64,000 nt of DNA. Origin: Polyangiales bacterium (GTDB taxonomy: Bacteria; Myxococcota_A; Polyangia; Polyangiales; Polyangiaceae). Below, piece by piece: positions 45,093 through 53,026 of this stretch. The stretch's first letter is position 1; each line of letters opens with the position of its first letter. Both the position numbers and the translations under genes were made by a program. Location: positions 160,001 through 224,000 of the forward strand of contig JBBRLQ010000007.1 in NCBI GenBank assembly GCA_038231275.1. Direction: 5' to 3'. Below the pieces are notes generated by a model, which saw only the letters and a program-made list of their open reading frames with translations, was not told the DNA's origin and ran no database searches.

Positions 45093-46480
45093 TTTTTGTC
45101 TCCCTTCGGCGCGCCCTTCGGCGCGGGTTCCGCGGGCTTCACCTCCACGCGCGACGTGCGGGCTGGCGTGAGGTACTTGCCGACGGCGCGCTGGATGTCG
45201 GCCTTGCCGATCGCGAGGTACCGCCCCAGCTCGCCGTTCACGAGGCTCGCGTCACCCCAGAAGAGCTCCATCTGCGCCAGCCGCTGCGCGCGCGCGAAAT
45301 TCGACTGAAGCCCCAGTAGGAAGCTCGCTTCGAGGCGCGCCTTGAGCTTCTTCATCTCGTCGTCGGTCGGCCCGCTCTTGGCGATCTGCGCGAGCTCCGC
45401 GACGATCACGCGCTCCACGTCGGCCACCTTGGCCCCCTTCGCCAGCTTCGCCTCGATCTCGAGCGCGTCGGGCCCGCGATGGCTCCCGAGCGACGCGTCG
45501 ATCTCGATCGCGAGGCCACGCTCGCGGACGAGCATCTTGTAGAGGCGCGAGCTCTCGCCATCCGAGAGCAGCATCGCGGCGAGCTCGAGGGCGTAGTGAT
45601 CCGGCTCGCGCGATTTCGGCACCGACCAGCCGAGGAGCAGATCGGGGAGCTTCGCGTGCGCGTCGAGCACCACATCGTCGCGGGGCGCCGTCTGCTCCGG
45701 CATCGGGCCCGGCGCATACGGTGGCACGGACGCGATCGGCCGCGCGCCACCGAAGAAGCGCCGCACCAGCGCCATCGCCTCCTCTTTCTCGAAGTCTCCG
45801 GCGATCGCGAGCACGGCGGTGTTGGGGCCGTAGTACGCCTCGTGAAACGCGCGAACCCACGAGAGCTCCGCCGCGTCGAGATCCTTCATCGTCCCGATCG
45901 CAGAGTGCTCGTAGGGCCAATACCCCTGGAAAATGAGCTCTTCGAGGCGGATCGACGCGGGGACGTACGCCGCGTTCTCGACGCGCATGCGGTACTCCTC
46001 TTTGACGACGGCGCGCTGGTTCTCGAAGTTCTTCTGGCTGACGTCGAGCGACTTCATCCGGTCCGCCTCGAGCCACAGGGCCAGGGGCAGCTCGCTCGAC
46101 GGGAGCATCTCATAGTAGTTCGTGCGATCGCCGTTGGTCGTGCCGTTGAGGACGCCGCCGTGCGCGCTGACGAGGGTGGCGTGCTCACCTCGCGCGACGT
46201 TGCGCGAGCCCTGGAACATCATGTGCTCGAAGAGGTGCGCGAAGCCGCTCCGCCCGCGCTCTTCGTTGCGCCCGCCCACGTCGTACATGACGTCGACCGC
46301 GATCGTCGGCGACGTGTGATCGACGGAGAGGACGACCCGCATCCCGTTGTCGAGCGTCACCCGCTGCACGTCGAGCTTCAGCGCGGGCGCAGGTGAAGGC
46401 GCAGGTGCCGGTGCTTGTGCGACAGCAGGGGACGTGACGCAGACGAAGGCCGATGCCAGGAGAATCGCGAGCGTTCGCAT
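45089..46480 (-). CDS. M16B Zn peptidase, catalytic subunit
   Basis: GFAHLFEHMMF (HxxEH), NGTT, LEADRM and VVKEE motifs; signal peptide. Confidence 0.93.
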   Translation of the reverse strand: MRTLAILLASAFVCVTSPAVAQAPAPAPSPAPALKLDVQRVTLDNGMRVVLSVDHTSPTIAVDVMYDVGGRNEERGRSGFAHLFEHMMFQGSRNVARGEHATLVSAHGGVLNGTTNGDRTNYYEMLPSSELPLALWLEADRMKSLDVSQKNFENQRAVVKEEYRMRVENAAYVPASIRLEELIFQGYWPYEHSAIGTMKDLDAAELSWVRAFHEAYYGPNTAVLAIAGDFEKEEAMALVRRFFGGARPIASVPPYAPGPMPEQTAPRDDVVLDAHAKLPDLLLGWSVPKSREPDHYALELAAMLLSDGESSRLYKMLVRERGLAIEIDASLGSHRGPDALEIEAKLAKGAKVADVERVIVAELAQIAKSGPTDDEMKKLKARLEASFLLGLQSNFARAQRLAQMELFWGDASLVNGELGRYLAIGKADIQRAVGKYLTPARTSRVEVKPAEPAPKGAPKGDKK

Positions 46481-46565
46481 GGGGCTCGTCGACGTTTAGC
46501 ACGCCCGACGGTCCGCCTCCTGTCGTCCGACGCGGCGAAGGTCTTCGATCGATGGACGGCCCTCG

Positions 46566-47444
46566 TCAGGGAAGCGCGCCCTGCTCGATCCAACGCCGGA
46601 TCATGTCGACCTGCGCCTGCGGCAACGGCGCGGCGGTCGGCATCGGATCGCTCGCCACGCCCGGCGCTTTCTCGCCGAACGGGCCGCCCGTCATCTTGTT
46701 GTACAGGTAACTGTTCGCGGGATCGCCGGGCCGCACGTAGCGGCGGAGCTGGCCGTTCGGCGTCTCCCACGCGTCGAGCTTGGTGAGGCGATCGTAGAGC
46801 GACACGTCCGGGCAACCGGTGGCCTGGCCGCCGCTCGGGCCGCCGTAGATCTGCGAGCCGATCATCGCGTCCTCGAGCGAGAGCCAGCCGCGGCACGACC
46901 GGTCCTTCGTCGCGGCGTACATGTCGCGGATGTGGCAGGACGAGTTGCCCGCGCCGCACGACGCTTGGAGGACCGGCATGATGTCGCGCCGGAACGTCGG
47001 GTTCGCGACGCTCGCGTCGATCGCGGCTGCGTCGACGGGCGCGCCGCCATCCCCACTGGCGCCGGCGGGCGCGGCCATCGCGATCTCATTGGAGTACGCG
47101 CCGGCGCGCGACGCGTTTATGGCGCGGACGCGGTACGTGTACGTCCCGCCGGGGGAGACGCTCGCGTCGTGGTACGAGTTCGTGTCGAACGGCACCGCGT
47201 AGATCTTCGCGAAATCGCCGGTGCCCTTTCGCTCCACCTCGAAGCTCGTCTCGTCCGGCGAGTTGTCGTTCCACACGAGGTGGATGCCGCCGCCCATCGC
47301 CTCCGCCGTCAGCTTCGACGGCGCGGCGAGTGAGGATCCGGACGCGGATCCGCTCGACGCTCCGCCCGGCGCGATGTCCGCCGATCCCGAGCCGCTGCAC
47401 CCCGCGCAGATCCCGACGAACACGAGCGCGTGAACCGTTCTCAT
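46566..47444 (-). CDS. Lipoprotein with FN3 domain and planctomycete-cytochrome-c-like domain
   Basis: GGAGG RBS; lipobox CAGC; WNDNS...YTYRVRA FN3; PTFRRDIMPVLQASC-x6-CH...VRPGDPANSYL...MP...IRRWIEQGA. Confidence 0.75.
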   Translation of the reverse strand: MRTVHALVFVGICAGCSGSGSADIAPGGASSGSASGSSLAAPSKLTAEAMGGGIHLVWNDNSPDETSFEVERKGTGDFAKIYAVPFDTNSYHDASVSPGGTYTYRVRAINASRAGAYSNEIAMAAPAGASGDGGAPVDAAAIDASVANPTFRRDIMPVLQASCGAGNSSCHIRDMYAATKDRSCRGWLSLEDAMIGSQIYGGPSGGQATGCPDVSLYDRLTKLDAWETPNGQLRRYVRPGDPANSYLYNKMTGGPFGEKAPGVASDPMPTAAPLPQAQVDMIRRWIEQGALP

Positions 47445-47467
47445 GGCTGCCTCCGCAAAAAGATTTT

Positions 47468-47496
47468 TCGAGTCAGGAGCGCTTCGCTCCACTCAA
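47468..47496. terminator. Hairpin between the multicopper oxidase and FN3/cytochrome genes
   Basis: GGAGCG-ctt-CGCTCC with flanking GAGT/ACTC extension and adjacent A/T tracts. Confidence 0.4.
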
Positions 47497-47497
47497 G

Positions 47498-48925
47498 TCA
47501 CTGCATGACCATCAAGTCGCCCATCATTCCGCGCTCGGCGTGCTCGAGGATATGGCAGTGGAACATCCACATCCCGACCGCGTCGTAGCGAACGGCGAGC
47601 CGTTGGGTCGCCGATTTCTTCACGTTCCACGTGTCTTTCCAGCCGTCGCGCAGATCCGGCGCGCCTTGCTCGTCGAGCGGCTGGAAGAACATGCCGTGGA
47701 GGTGAATCGGGTGATCCATCTCCGCGGTGTTCACGATCTCCCAGATCTCCGTCGCCCCTTGCTGCACCATCACCGCGGTGTTGAAGGGCCAGTACTCGTC
47801 GTTGATGTAGAAGCGCGGGCCGTCGGTCGCCTCGATCTCGCGGAGCACCATCTTGCGCACGGTCGTCTTCGCGCCGATCGCGAGCGGTTGCGCGGGGCGG
47901 AGCGAGGTCGGGATCGGCGCGAGCGTGCGCGGCGCGCGGGGACCGTAGACGACGTCGAGGAGCGGCTTGGGACCGACGTCCGGCATGTCGTGGCCGCGGT
48001 CGTAGTAGACGGTCTCGAGCGGGACGCGCGCTCCTTCAGCGGCGGGGAGGTCGACGAGGACGTCGTAGCGTTCGCCGGGGACGACGAGGAGCTCGTCGAC
48101 CGCATACGGCGCGGGGACTTGACCACTGTCGCCGCCGACCACAGTGAAGCGGTGGCCCGCGAGGCGAAGCTTGAAATACCGGCCATTCGCTGCGTTGACG
48201 ATGCGCCACCGCTCGCGGCCGCCGGCGTCGACGACGAGATCGCCGCCCTTCTTGCCGTTGACGAGGACCACGTTGCCTTGCCGCCCCATCATCATGTCCA
48301 TCTGGTCCTCGTCGAGGGCCAGCTGTCCGTCGGCGGTGATCTTCACGTCGTCGAGCACGAGGTAGCGCTCACGCGTGACGTCGAGCGGCGCGTCGTCGCC
48401 ATGCACGACGAGCGGCGCGTGGAGGCCTTTCTCGATCTGGACGTCGGCGTGGACGTGCGGGTGGAACCAGAAGGTGCCGGCGTCGAGGACCGTGAAGGTG
48501 TAGTCGAACGACGTTCCAGGCATCACGACTTGCTGGGTCGACGACGAGCCATCCATCGCGTTCGCGAGGCGGATGCCGTGCCAGTGGATCGTCGTCGATT
48601 CGGGGAGATCGTTCTGGAGATGGACGATGACGCGATCGCCTTTTTTGGCGACGAGCATCGGGCCGGGGACGGTGCCCACGCTGCCCGGGATCGCGCCGTC
48701 GCGGTACGCCCACACGTCCGCGGGCTTCCCCGGTAGATATTCGACGCGCGCGAGGCCGGCGACGACGCGCACCTCGACGACGTCCGGATCGGCGTTGATG
48801 TCGGTCAACGTCGCGATCGCGAAGGGATCGCTCGCCGGAGCATCGCCGGCCGTGCTCGGCGTCGTCGACGCGTGCGACGTGCACCCCATGACGAGCGCGA
48901 GGGTCACGGTAACGAGGCTTCTCAT
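47498..48925 (-). CDS. Multicopper oxidase lipoprotein
   Basis: HWHG, WFHPH, HPIHLHG and HCHILEHAERGMM copper motifs; lipobox VMGC. Confidence 0.95.
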   Translation of the reverse strand: MRSLVTVTLALVMGCTSHASTTPSTAGDAPASDPFAIATLTDINADPDVVEVRVVAGLARVEYLPGKPADVWAYRDGAIPGSVGTVPGPMLVAKKGDRVIVHLQNDLPESTTIHWHGIRLANAMDGSSSTQQVVMPGTSFDYTFTVLDAGTFWFHPHVHADVQIEKGLHAPLVVHGDDAPLDVTRERYLVLDDVKITADGQLALDEDQMDMMMGRQGNVVLVNGKKGGDLVVDAGGRERWRIVNAANGRYFKLRLAGHRFTVVGGDSGQVPAPYAVDELLVVPGERYDVLVDLPAAEGARVPLETVYYDRGHDMPDVGPKPLLDVVYGPRAPRTLAPIPTSLRPAQPLAIGAKTTVRKMVLREIEATDGPRFYINDEYWPFNTAVMVQQGATEIWEIVNTAEMDHPIHLHGMFFQPLDEQGAPDLRDGWKDTWNVKKSATQRLAVRYDAVGMWMFHCHILEHAERGMMGDLMVMQ

Positions 48926-49395
48926 AGGCATGCTCCGCAGGCGATCCATCCGCCGGTTCCGCTCCCGTCGCAGCCGCACACGCGGAAGCCCTGCACGCCG
49001 CCCGCGCAGTGCTGCGCGCCGAGATCTCCCGGGCAAACGTGCTCGCCGCTGATCTCGTCGACGCACGGGGCGCCTGCCTCGCAGTGCGGGACGCAGTGAC
49101 CGCCGGAGCAAACGGCCCCTGCGCACGCGCCGCATTGATGCCCGCCGCACGCCACCCGCCCGCACACGAGCCCGGTGCAGTCGCACGGCCCATCGACGAC
49201 CGCATCGACGGCGACGTCTTGCGCCTGCGTCTCGGACGCGTCGCCTTGTGCATCCGTCACGAAGGCGTCCGTTGCCGCATCGCCGGTGTCCCCGGGAGCG
49301 AGGCCGCCGACGCTCGTCACATGGGCGCCGCACGCCCCCGCCACCAAAGCGGCAAAGGCGACGGCTACGAAGCGGCTTGCGAGCGAGCGTTCCAT
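48922..49395 (-). CDS. Cys-rich lipoprotein
   Basis: Lipobox AGAC; many Cys; ATGA overlap with the oxidase gene. Confidence 0.78.
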   Translation of the reverse strand: MERSLASRFVAVAFAALVAGACGAHVTSVGGLAPGDTGDAATDAFVTDAQGDASETQAQDVAVDAVVDGPCDCTGLVCGRVACGGHQCGACAGAVCSGGHCVPHCEAGAPCVDEISGEHVCPGDLGAQHCAGGVQGFRVCGCDGSGTGGWIACGACL

Positions 49396-49406
49396 CGCGT
49401 CGTCTC

Positions 49407-49436
49407 GTACGTGGGGTCAGGGTCGGCGCGCGATCA
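49407..49436 (-). promoter_or_regulatory. Putative ECF-sigma promoter, copy 1
   Basis: Minus strand TGAT-N17-CCCACGTAC, ending 11 nt before ATG 49395; same layout as 50724-50753. Confidence 0.7.
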
Positions 49437-50177
49437 CAAAAACGCCCGAACGCGCGAGGCGAGCGGACTCTTTGGGTATTTCTGGAGAAAGCTCCGCGCC
49501 TGCCGCGCCGCGCCGTCGCGATCCCCGGACGCCGCGAGCGCTTCGATGCCGAGCACCTGTCGCTCCTGGCCGAGGACCCCGTTCGGAAACCGCGTCCTCG
49601 CGGTGTCGAGAATCGCGAGCGCGCCCGAAGGATCGCCGCCATGCAATGCGTCCCGCGCGCGCGCGATGAGGGCCGACTCCTCGCGGAGGGCGTCGGGATC
49701 GACGGAAGGAGGCGGCTTGCGGGCGGTCGCGGTCGCGGTCGTGGTCGCGGTCGCGGCCGTGGTCGTGGTCGGGGTCGGATTCGTGGTCGTGGTCGTGGTC
49801 GGAGTCGGGGTCGAAGTCGGGGTCGGAGTCGTGGTGGAAGTCGGGGTCGGAGTCGGAGTCGGCATCGGCGTCAGTGTCAGCGTCGGTCGCGACGTGTAGA
49901 CCAGCCCTCCCGCGACGAGCGCAACCGCGAAAAGCGCGCCGAGGACCTTCCCCTTCGCGACGATCGCCGTCCCGCCAGCCGCCGGTCCTCCGCCTCCTGC
50001 TCCACCTCCACCGCCGGTCCCACCCCCGCCAGCGGGTGGAATTCTCCCCGCGATCGCGGCCCACACGGAGTCCTCCGCGCCTCGCGGGGGCTCGGCGCCG
50101 TCTGCGCTTCGAAGGAGATCGCGCTCGGTGTCCGTCGCGCCGCCGTCGTCGTCGAGCCATCGCTTCGGATCGGTCAC
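49434..50177 (-). CDS. Putative anti-sigma factor (single TM, Pro/Thr linker, C-terminal TPR-like domain)
   Basis: GTGA overlap with ECF sigma stop; TM VLGALFAVALVAGGLV; EESALIARARDAL...RFPNGVLGQER. Confidence 0.78.
   Translation of the reverse strand: MTDPKRWLDDDGGATDTERDLLRSADGAEPPRGAEDSVWAAIAGRIPPAGGGGTGGGGGAGGGGPAAGGTAIVAKGKVLGALFAVALVAGGLVYTSRPTLTLTPMPTPTPTPTSTTTPTPTSTPTPTTTTTTNPTPTTTTAATATTTATATARKPPPSVDPDALREESALIARARDALHGGDPSGALAILDTARTRFPNGVLGQERQVLGIEALAASGDRDGAARQARSFLQKYPKSPLASRVRAFL
49727..49882. repeat. 6-bp microsatellite-like repeats encoding the Pro/Thr linker
   Basis: GTCGGN/GTCGTG/GTCGCG units. Confidence 0.75.
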
Positions 50178-50707
50178 GGCGAACCTCCTTCGAGGCGATC
50201 GATGCGGCCGCGCGCGTGCATGCGGGACGTCACTTTGCGGAACGCGTCGCGCGCGAGGCGGAGGCGGGAATGCACGGTGCCGACGGGGATGTCGAGAAGC
50301 TCCGCGATCTCGTGGCCGGGGAGGCTCTCCAGCTCGAAGAGGACGAACACGGTGCGCTGCTCTTCGCCGAGCTCATCCAGGATTTCCTCGAGCAGCGTGA
50401 GGCGGCGACGGCGCTCGAGATCGGCGGCGAGATCGGCCGAGGAGTCACGCTTCGCGTCCGCGGTGGCGTCGCCGTCCGGGACCTCACGGCGCGCGCCGGC
50501 GCGCTTGTAGTCGCGCGTCATGTTCATGCAGATCGCGAAGAGCCAAGTCGTCATCTTCGAGCGTCCTTCGAACTCCACGAGCTTGCGGTGGACGACGAGG
50601 AATACGTCCTGCGCGATGTCGGGCACGTCGGCCTCGCGCACGCCGAGCCGCCGGAGCGATCGCCACACGAAACGGAAGTGCTCGTCGTACACCTCCTTCA
50701 GGCTCAT
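50174..50707 (-). CDS. ECF RNA polymerase sigma factor
   Basis: DIAQDVF and TWLFAI (region 2); EIAELLDIPVGTVHSRLRLAR (region 4). Confidence 0.95.
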   Translation of the reverse strand: MSLKEVYDEHFRFVWRSLRRLGVREADVPDIAQDVFLVVHRKLVEFEGRSKMTTWLFAICMNMTRDYKRAGARREVPDGDATADAKRDSSADLAADLERRRRLTLLEEILDELGEEQRTVFVLFELESLPGHEIAELLDIPVGTVHSRLRLARDAFRKVTSRMHARGRIDRLEGGSP

Positions 50708-50723
50708 TTCGGGTTTCCGATCG

Positions 50724-50753
50724 GTACGTGGGTCGAGGAGGCCGTCCTCATCA
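50724..50753 (-). promoter_or_regulatory. Putative ECF-sigma promoter, copy 2 (autoregulatory)
   Basis: Minus strand TGAT-N17-CCCACGTAC, ending 16 nt before the sigma ATG. Confidence 0.7.
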
Positions 50754-51737
50754 ACGAAACGTCACGCGGAGCCCGGCCGCAAGCACGATCGCGACGCGTG
50801 GAGGGTCGTACGCCACACCGGCGCCATCCACGCCGAACGCCTCACTGGACGTAGGGACGAGCGCGCCGGCGCGGGCCGTCCATCCCAGCGGCCCCACCAG
50901 ATCGCCTCCCGCGATCGCGGCGCCGCCGATCGCGAAGAGAGGTCGACTGCCGGAGCCCTCTCGAAAGTACCCGACGCCCGACGCTTGCACCGACGCGAGC
51001 GTCGCACCACCGCACGCGGCGAGGGTGATCGGGCGGAGAAGCGGTAGGTAGCACGCCATCGCTTCTCCACCGAGCAGCCGCACGTCGACATGGCCCGGCG
51101 CGAGGGGAAGGCTCTGCTTCGGCACGAGGATCCCGCCGAGCACGAAAGCCAGCTGCGGAATCGGCGTAAGCGCGAGGTCGATCGCGAAGATCGGCGCGGC
51201 TGAGCGGACGAGACCGAGCGCGACGCCGGCCGTCACGTCGGTATGAAACGCAACGGGGCTCGAGGCAGTCGGTGGAGGAGGTGACGGGCGCGCGGGCTCC
51301 TCGGTGGGCGCGGCCCTCGGCGGGGAAGGAGGAGGCTCTGCGTGAGGGGGTGGCGGCTCCGGCGGTCGCCACTCCGGATCGAGGAGCACGGCGAGCGAGA
51401 TCGCGACGGCGCGCGAGAGCTCCGTGCACGCGGCGCCGCCGTGAGACAGGACGCGCACGCCCGCACGGCTCCCTTTTGCGCGAATTTCGGCGCGAAACGT
51501 CGCTCCTGCGCGCGTGAACGAGACGTCGATCCGCTCCTGGGCGTCGGCGAGCTCCGGATCGAGCGTCACCTTCGCCGTGAGGCGGGCAACCTCGTCGGCG
51601 AGCGCGCGCGCGTCGGGGCACGTCGCGGCGGACGGAGAATGACGGACACCGAACGCCTCGCGGGTCTCGTCGGCGAGGGCGTGTCGAGCTGCGGCGATGG
51701 CGCCGAGCGCGACGAGGACCGCGACGCCACTTCGCAC
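50751..51737 (-). CDS. Exported protein with Cys pair, Pro linker and C-terminal beta-barrel-like region
   Basis: Signal peptide; CP...C..L..A.A motif; amphipathic strands ending GLRVTFR. Confidence 0.75.
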   Translation of the reverse strand: MRSGVAVLVALGAIAAARHALADETREAFGVRHSPSAATCPDARALADEVARLTAKVTLDPELADAQERIDVSFTRAGATFRAEIRAKGSRAGVRVLSHGGAACTELSRAVAISLAVLLDPEWRPPEPPPPHAEPPPSPPRAAPTEEPARPSPPPPTASSPVAFHTDVTAGVALGLVRSAAPIFAIDLALTPIPQLAFVLGGILVPKQSLPLAPGHVDVRLLGGEAMACYLPLLRPITLAACGGATLASVQASGVGYFREGSGSRPLFAIGGAAIAGGDLVGPLGWTARAGALVPTSSEAFGVDGAGVAYDPPRVAIVLAAGLRVTFR

Positions 51738-51773
51738 TACCTCGCGCCCCCAGCCACGGCAGCTTTCTACCAG

Positions 51774-51811
51774 AAGACGACCACAAGACGATCACAAGAC
51801 GACCGAAGACG
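51774..51811. repeat. Four helically phased AAGACG direct repeats
   Basis: AAGACG at 51774, 51785, 51796 and 51806 (period 11, 11, 10). Confidence 0.8.
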
Positions 51812-51812
51812 C

Positions 51813-52943
51813 TTAGAAGAGGCGTGCCGCGGTGTCGTCGGTGAAGAGCCACGCGTCGCGCGGGATCCGGAGGACGCTTCCCTCGTGAACGAGGCGCCCG
51901 CGCGCCGTCAGTCGTTCCGTCTCGCGCGTCCGATCGGCGGTCCAAGGATCGATGCCGAGCTCGCGGCCGGCGGCGTCGATGTCGAAGCCGGTCGCGAGGC
52001 GGAGCCCCAGCATGATCCGCTCGCGCAAGAGCGCCAGCGCGTCGAGCGGCTCGCGGCTCACCTCGGTTGCGGTACTTGCACCTTGCACGTATTTGCGCGG
52101 ATCGATCGGGTTTCGATACCTCGCGCCGCGCGCGTAGCCGTACGCCGCGCAGCCGAGACCGACGTACTCCTCGCCGCGCCAGTAGCCGAGGTTGTGACGC
52201 GCCTCCTCACCGGGGCGCGCGTAGTTCGAGATCTCGTAGTGCGCGAGGCCCCGCCCGGCGAGCGCCTCGTCGATCGCGAGGAACGACTCCGCGACGGCCC
52301 CCTCGTCGGCGAGCGGCAACCGCCCGCGCTTGGCCAGTTCGCCGAAGCGCGTGCCCGGCTCAATCGTCAGCTGGTAACACGACACGTGAGACAGCCCCAT
52401 GTCGGCGAGCGATGTCGCTTGCTCGCGCGCATCTTCCGGCGACTGGTCGGGCAGACCAAAGATGAGGTCGGTCGACACCCTCGGCACGGTCGCGAGCGCC
52501 GCCTCCACCGCGCGCCGCGCGCCCGAGGGATCGTGGAGGCGCCCCAAGTACGTCAGCTGATCCTGACGAAGCGACTGCGTGCCGATCGACACGCGCCCGA
52601 CGCCGACATCGGCCAACGCCTTCGCGCGCTCCGTGTCGAGCGACGTGGGGTTGCACTCGACCGTGACCTCCACGTCGTCCGTCACGCGCGCGCGCGACCG
52701 TATGCCGGAGAGGACCCGTCCCAGCTCGGCCGGATCCCAAAGGCTGGGTGTTCCGCCGCCGAAAAAGACGCTCGCGATCTCCCGATCCTCGAAGAGCGCC
52801 GCGCGCGCATCCAGCTCAGCCAGGACGGCGTTCGCGTATCCGACGTGGTCGATGTTGGCGCGTTCCTCCGCGTACGAAACAAAATCGCAATAGGGGCACT
52901 TCGCTAAGCACCACGGAAAGTGGACATAAACCGACGCGCGCAT
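51813..52943 (-). CDS. hemW: Radical SAM heme chaperone HemW
   Basis: YVHFPWCLAKCPYCDF, GGGTPS, YEISNY and HNLGYW (HNxxYW) motifs. Confidence 0.92.
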   Translation of the reverse strand: MRASVYVHFPWCLAKCPYCDFVSYAEERANIDHVGYANAVLAELDARAALFEDREIASVFFGGGTPSLWDPAELGRVLSGIRSRARVTDDVEVTVECNPTSLDTERAKALADVGVGRVSIGTQSLRQDQLTYLGRLHDPSGARRAVEAALATVPRVSTDLIFGLPDQSPEDAREQATSLADMGLSHVSCYQLTIEPGTRFGELAKRGRLPLADEGAVAESFLAIDEALAGRGLAHYEISNYARPGEEARHNLGYWRGEEYVGLGCAAYGYARGARYRNPIDPRKYVQGASTATEVSREPLDALALLRERIMLGLRLATGFDIDAAGRELGIDPWTADRTRETERLTARGRLVHEGSVLRIPRDAWLFTDDTAARLF

Positions 52944-53026
52944 GGGTGTGGGGCTCTCGGAATGCTCCATAGCGCCAATTGCCGGAGAGGGGGGGCGGTG
53001 TTAGATTTTGAGACGATCTTCCCGAA

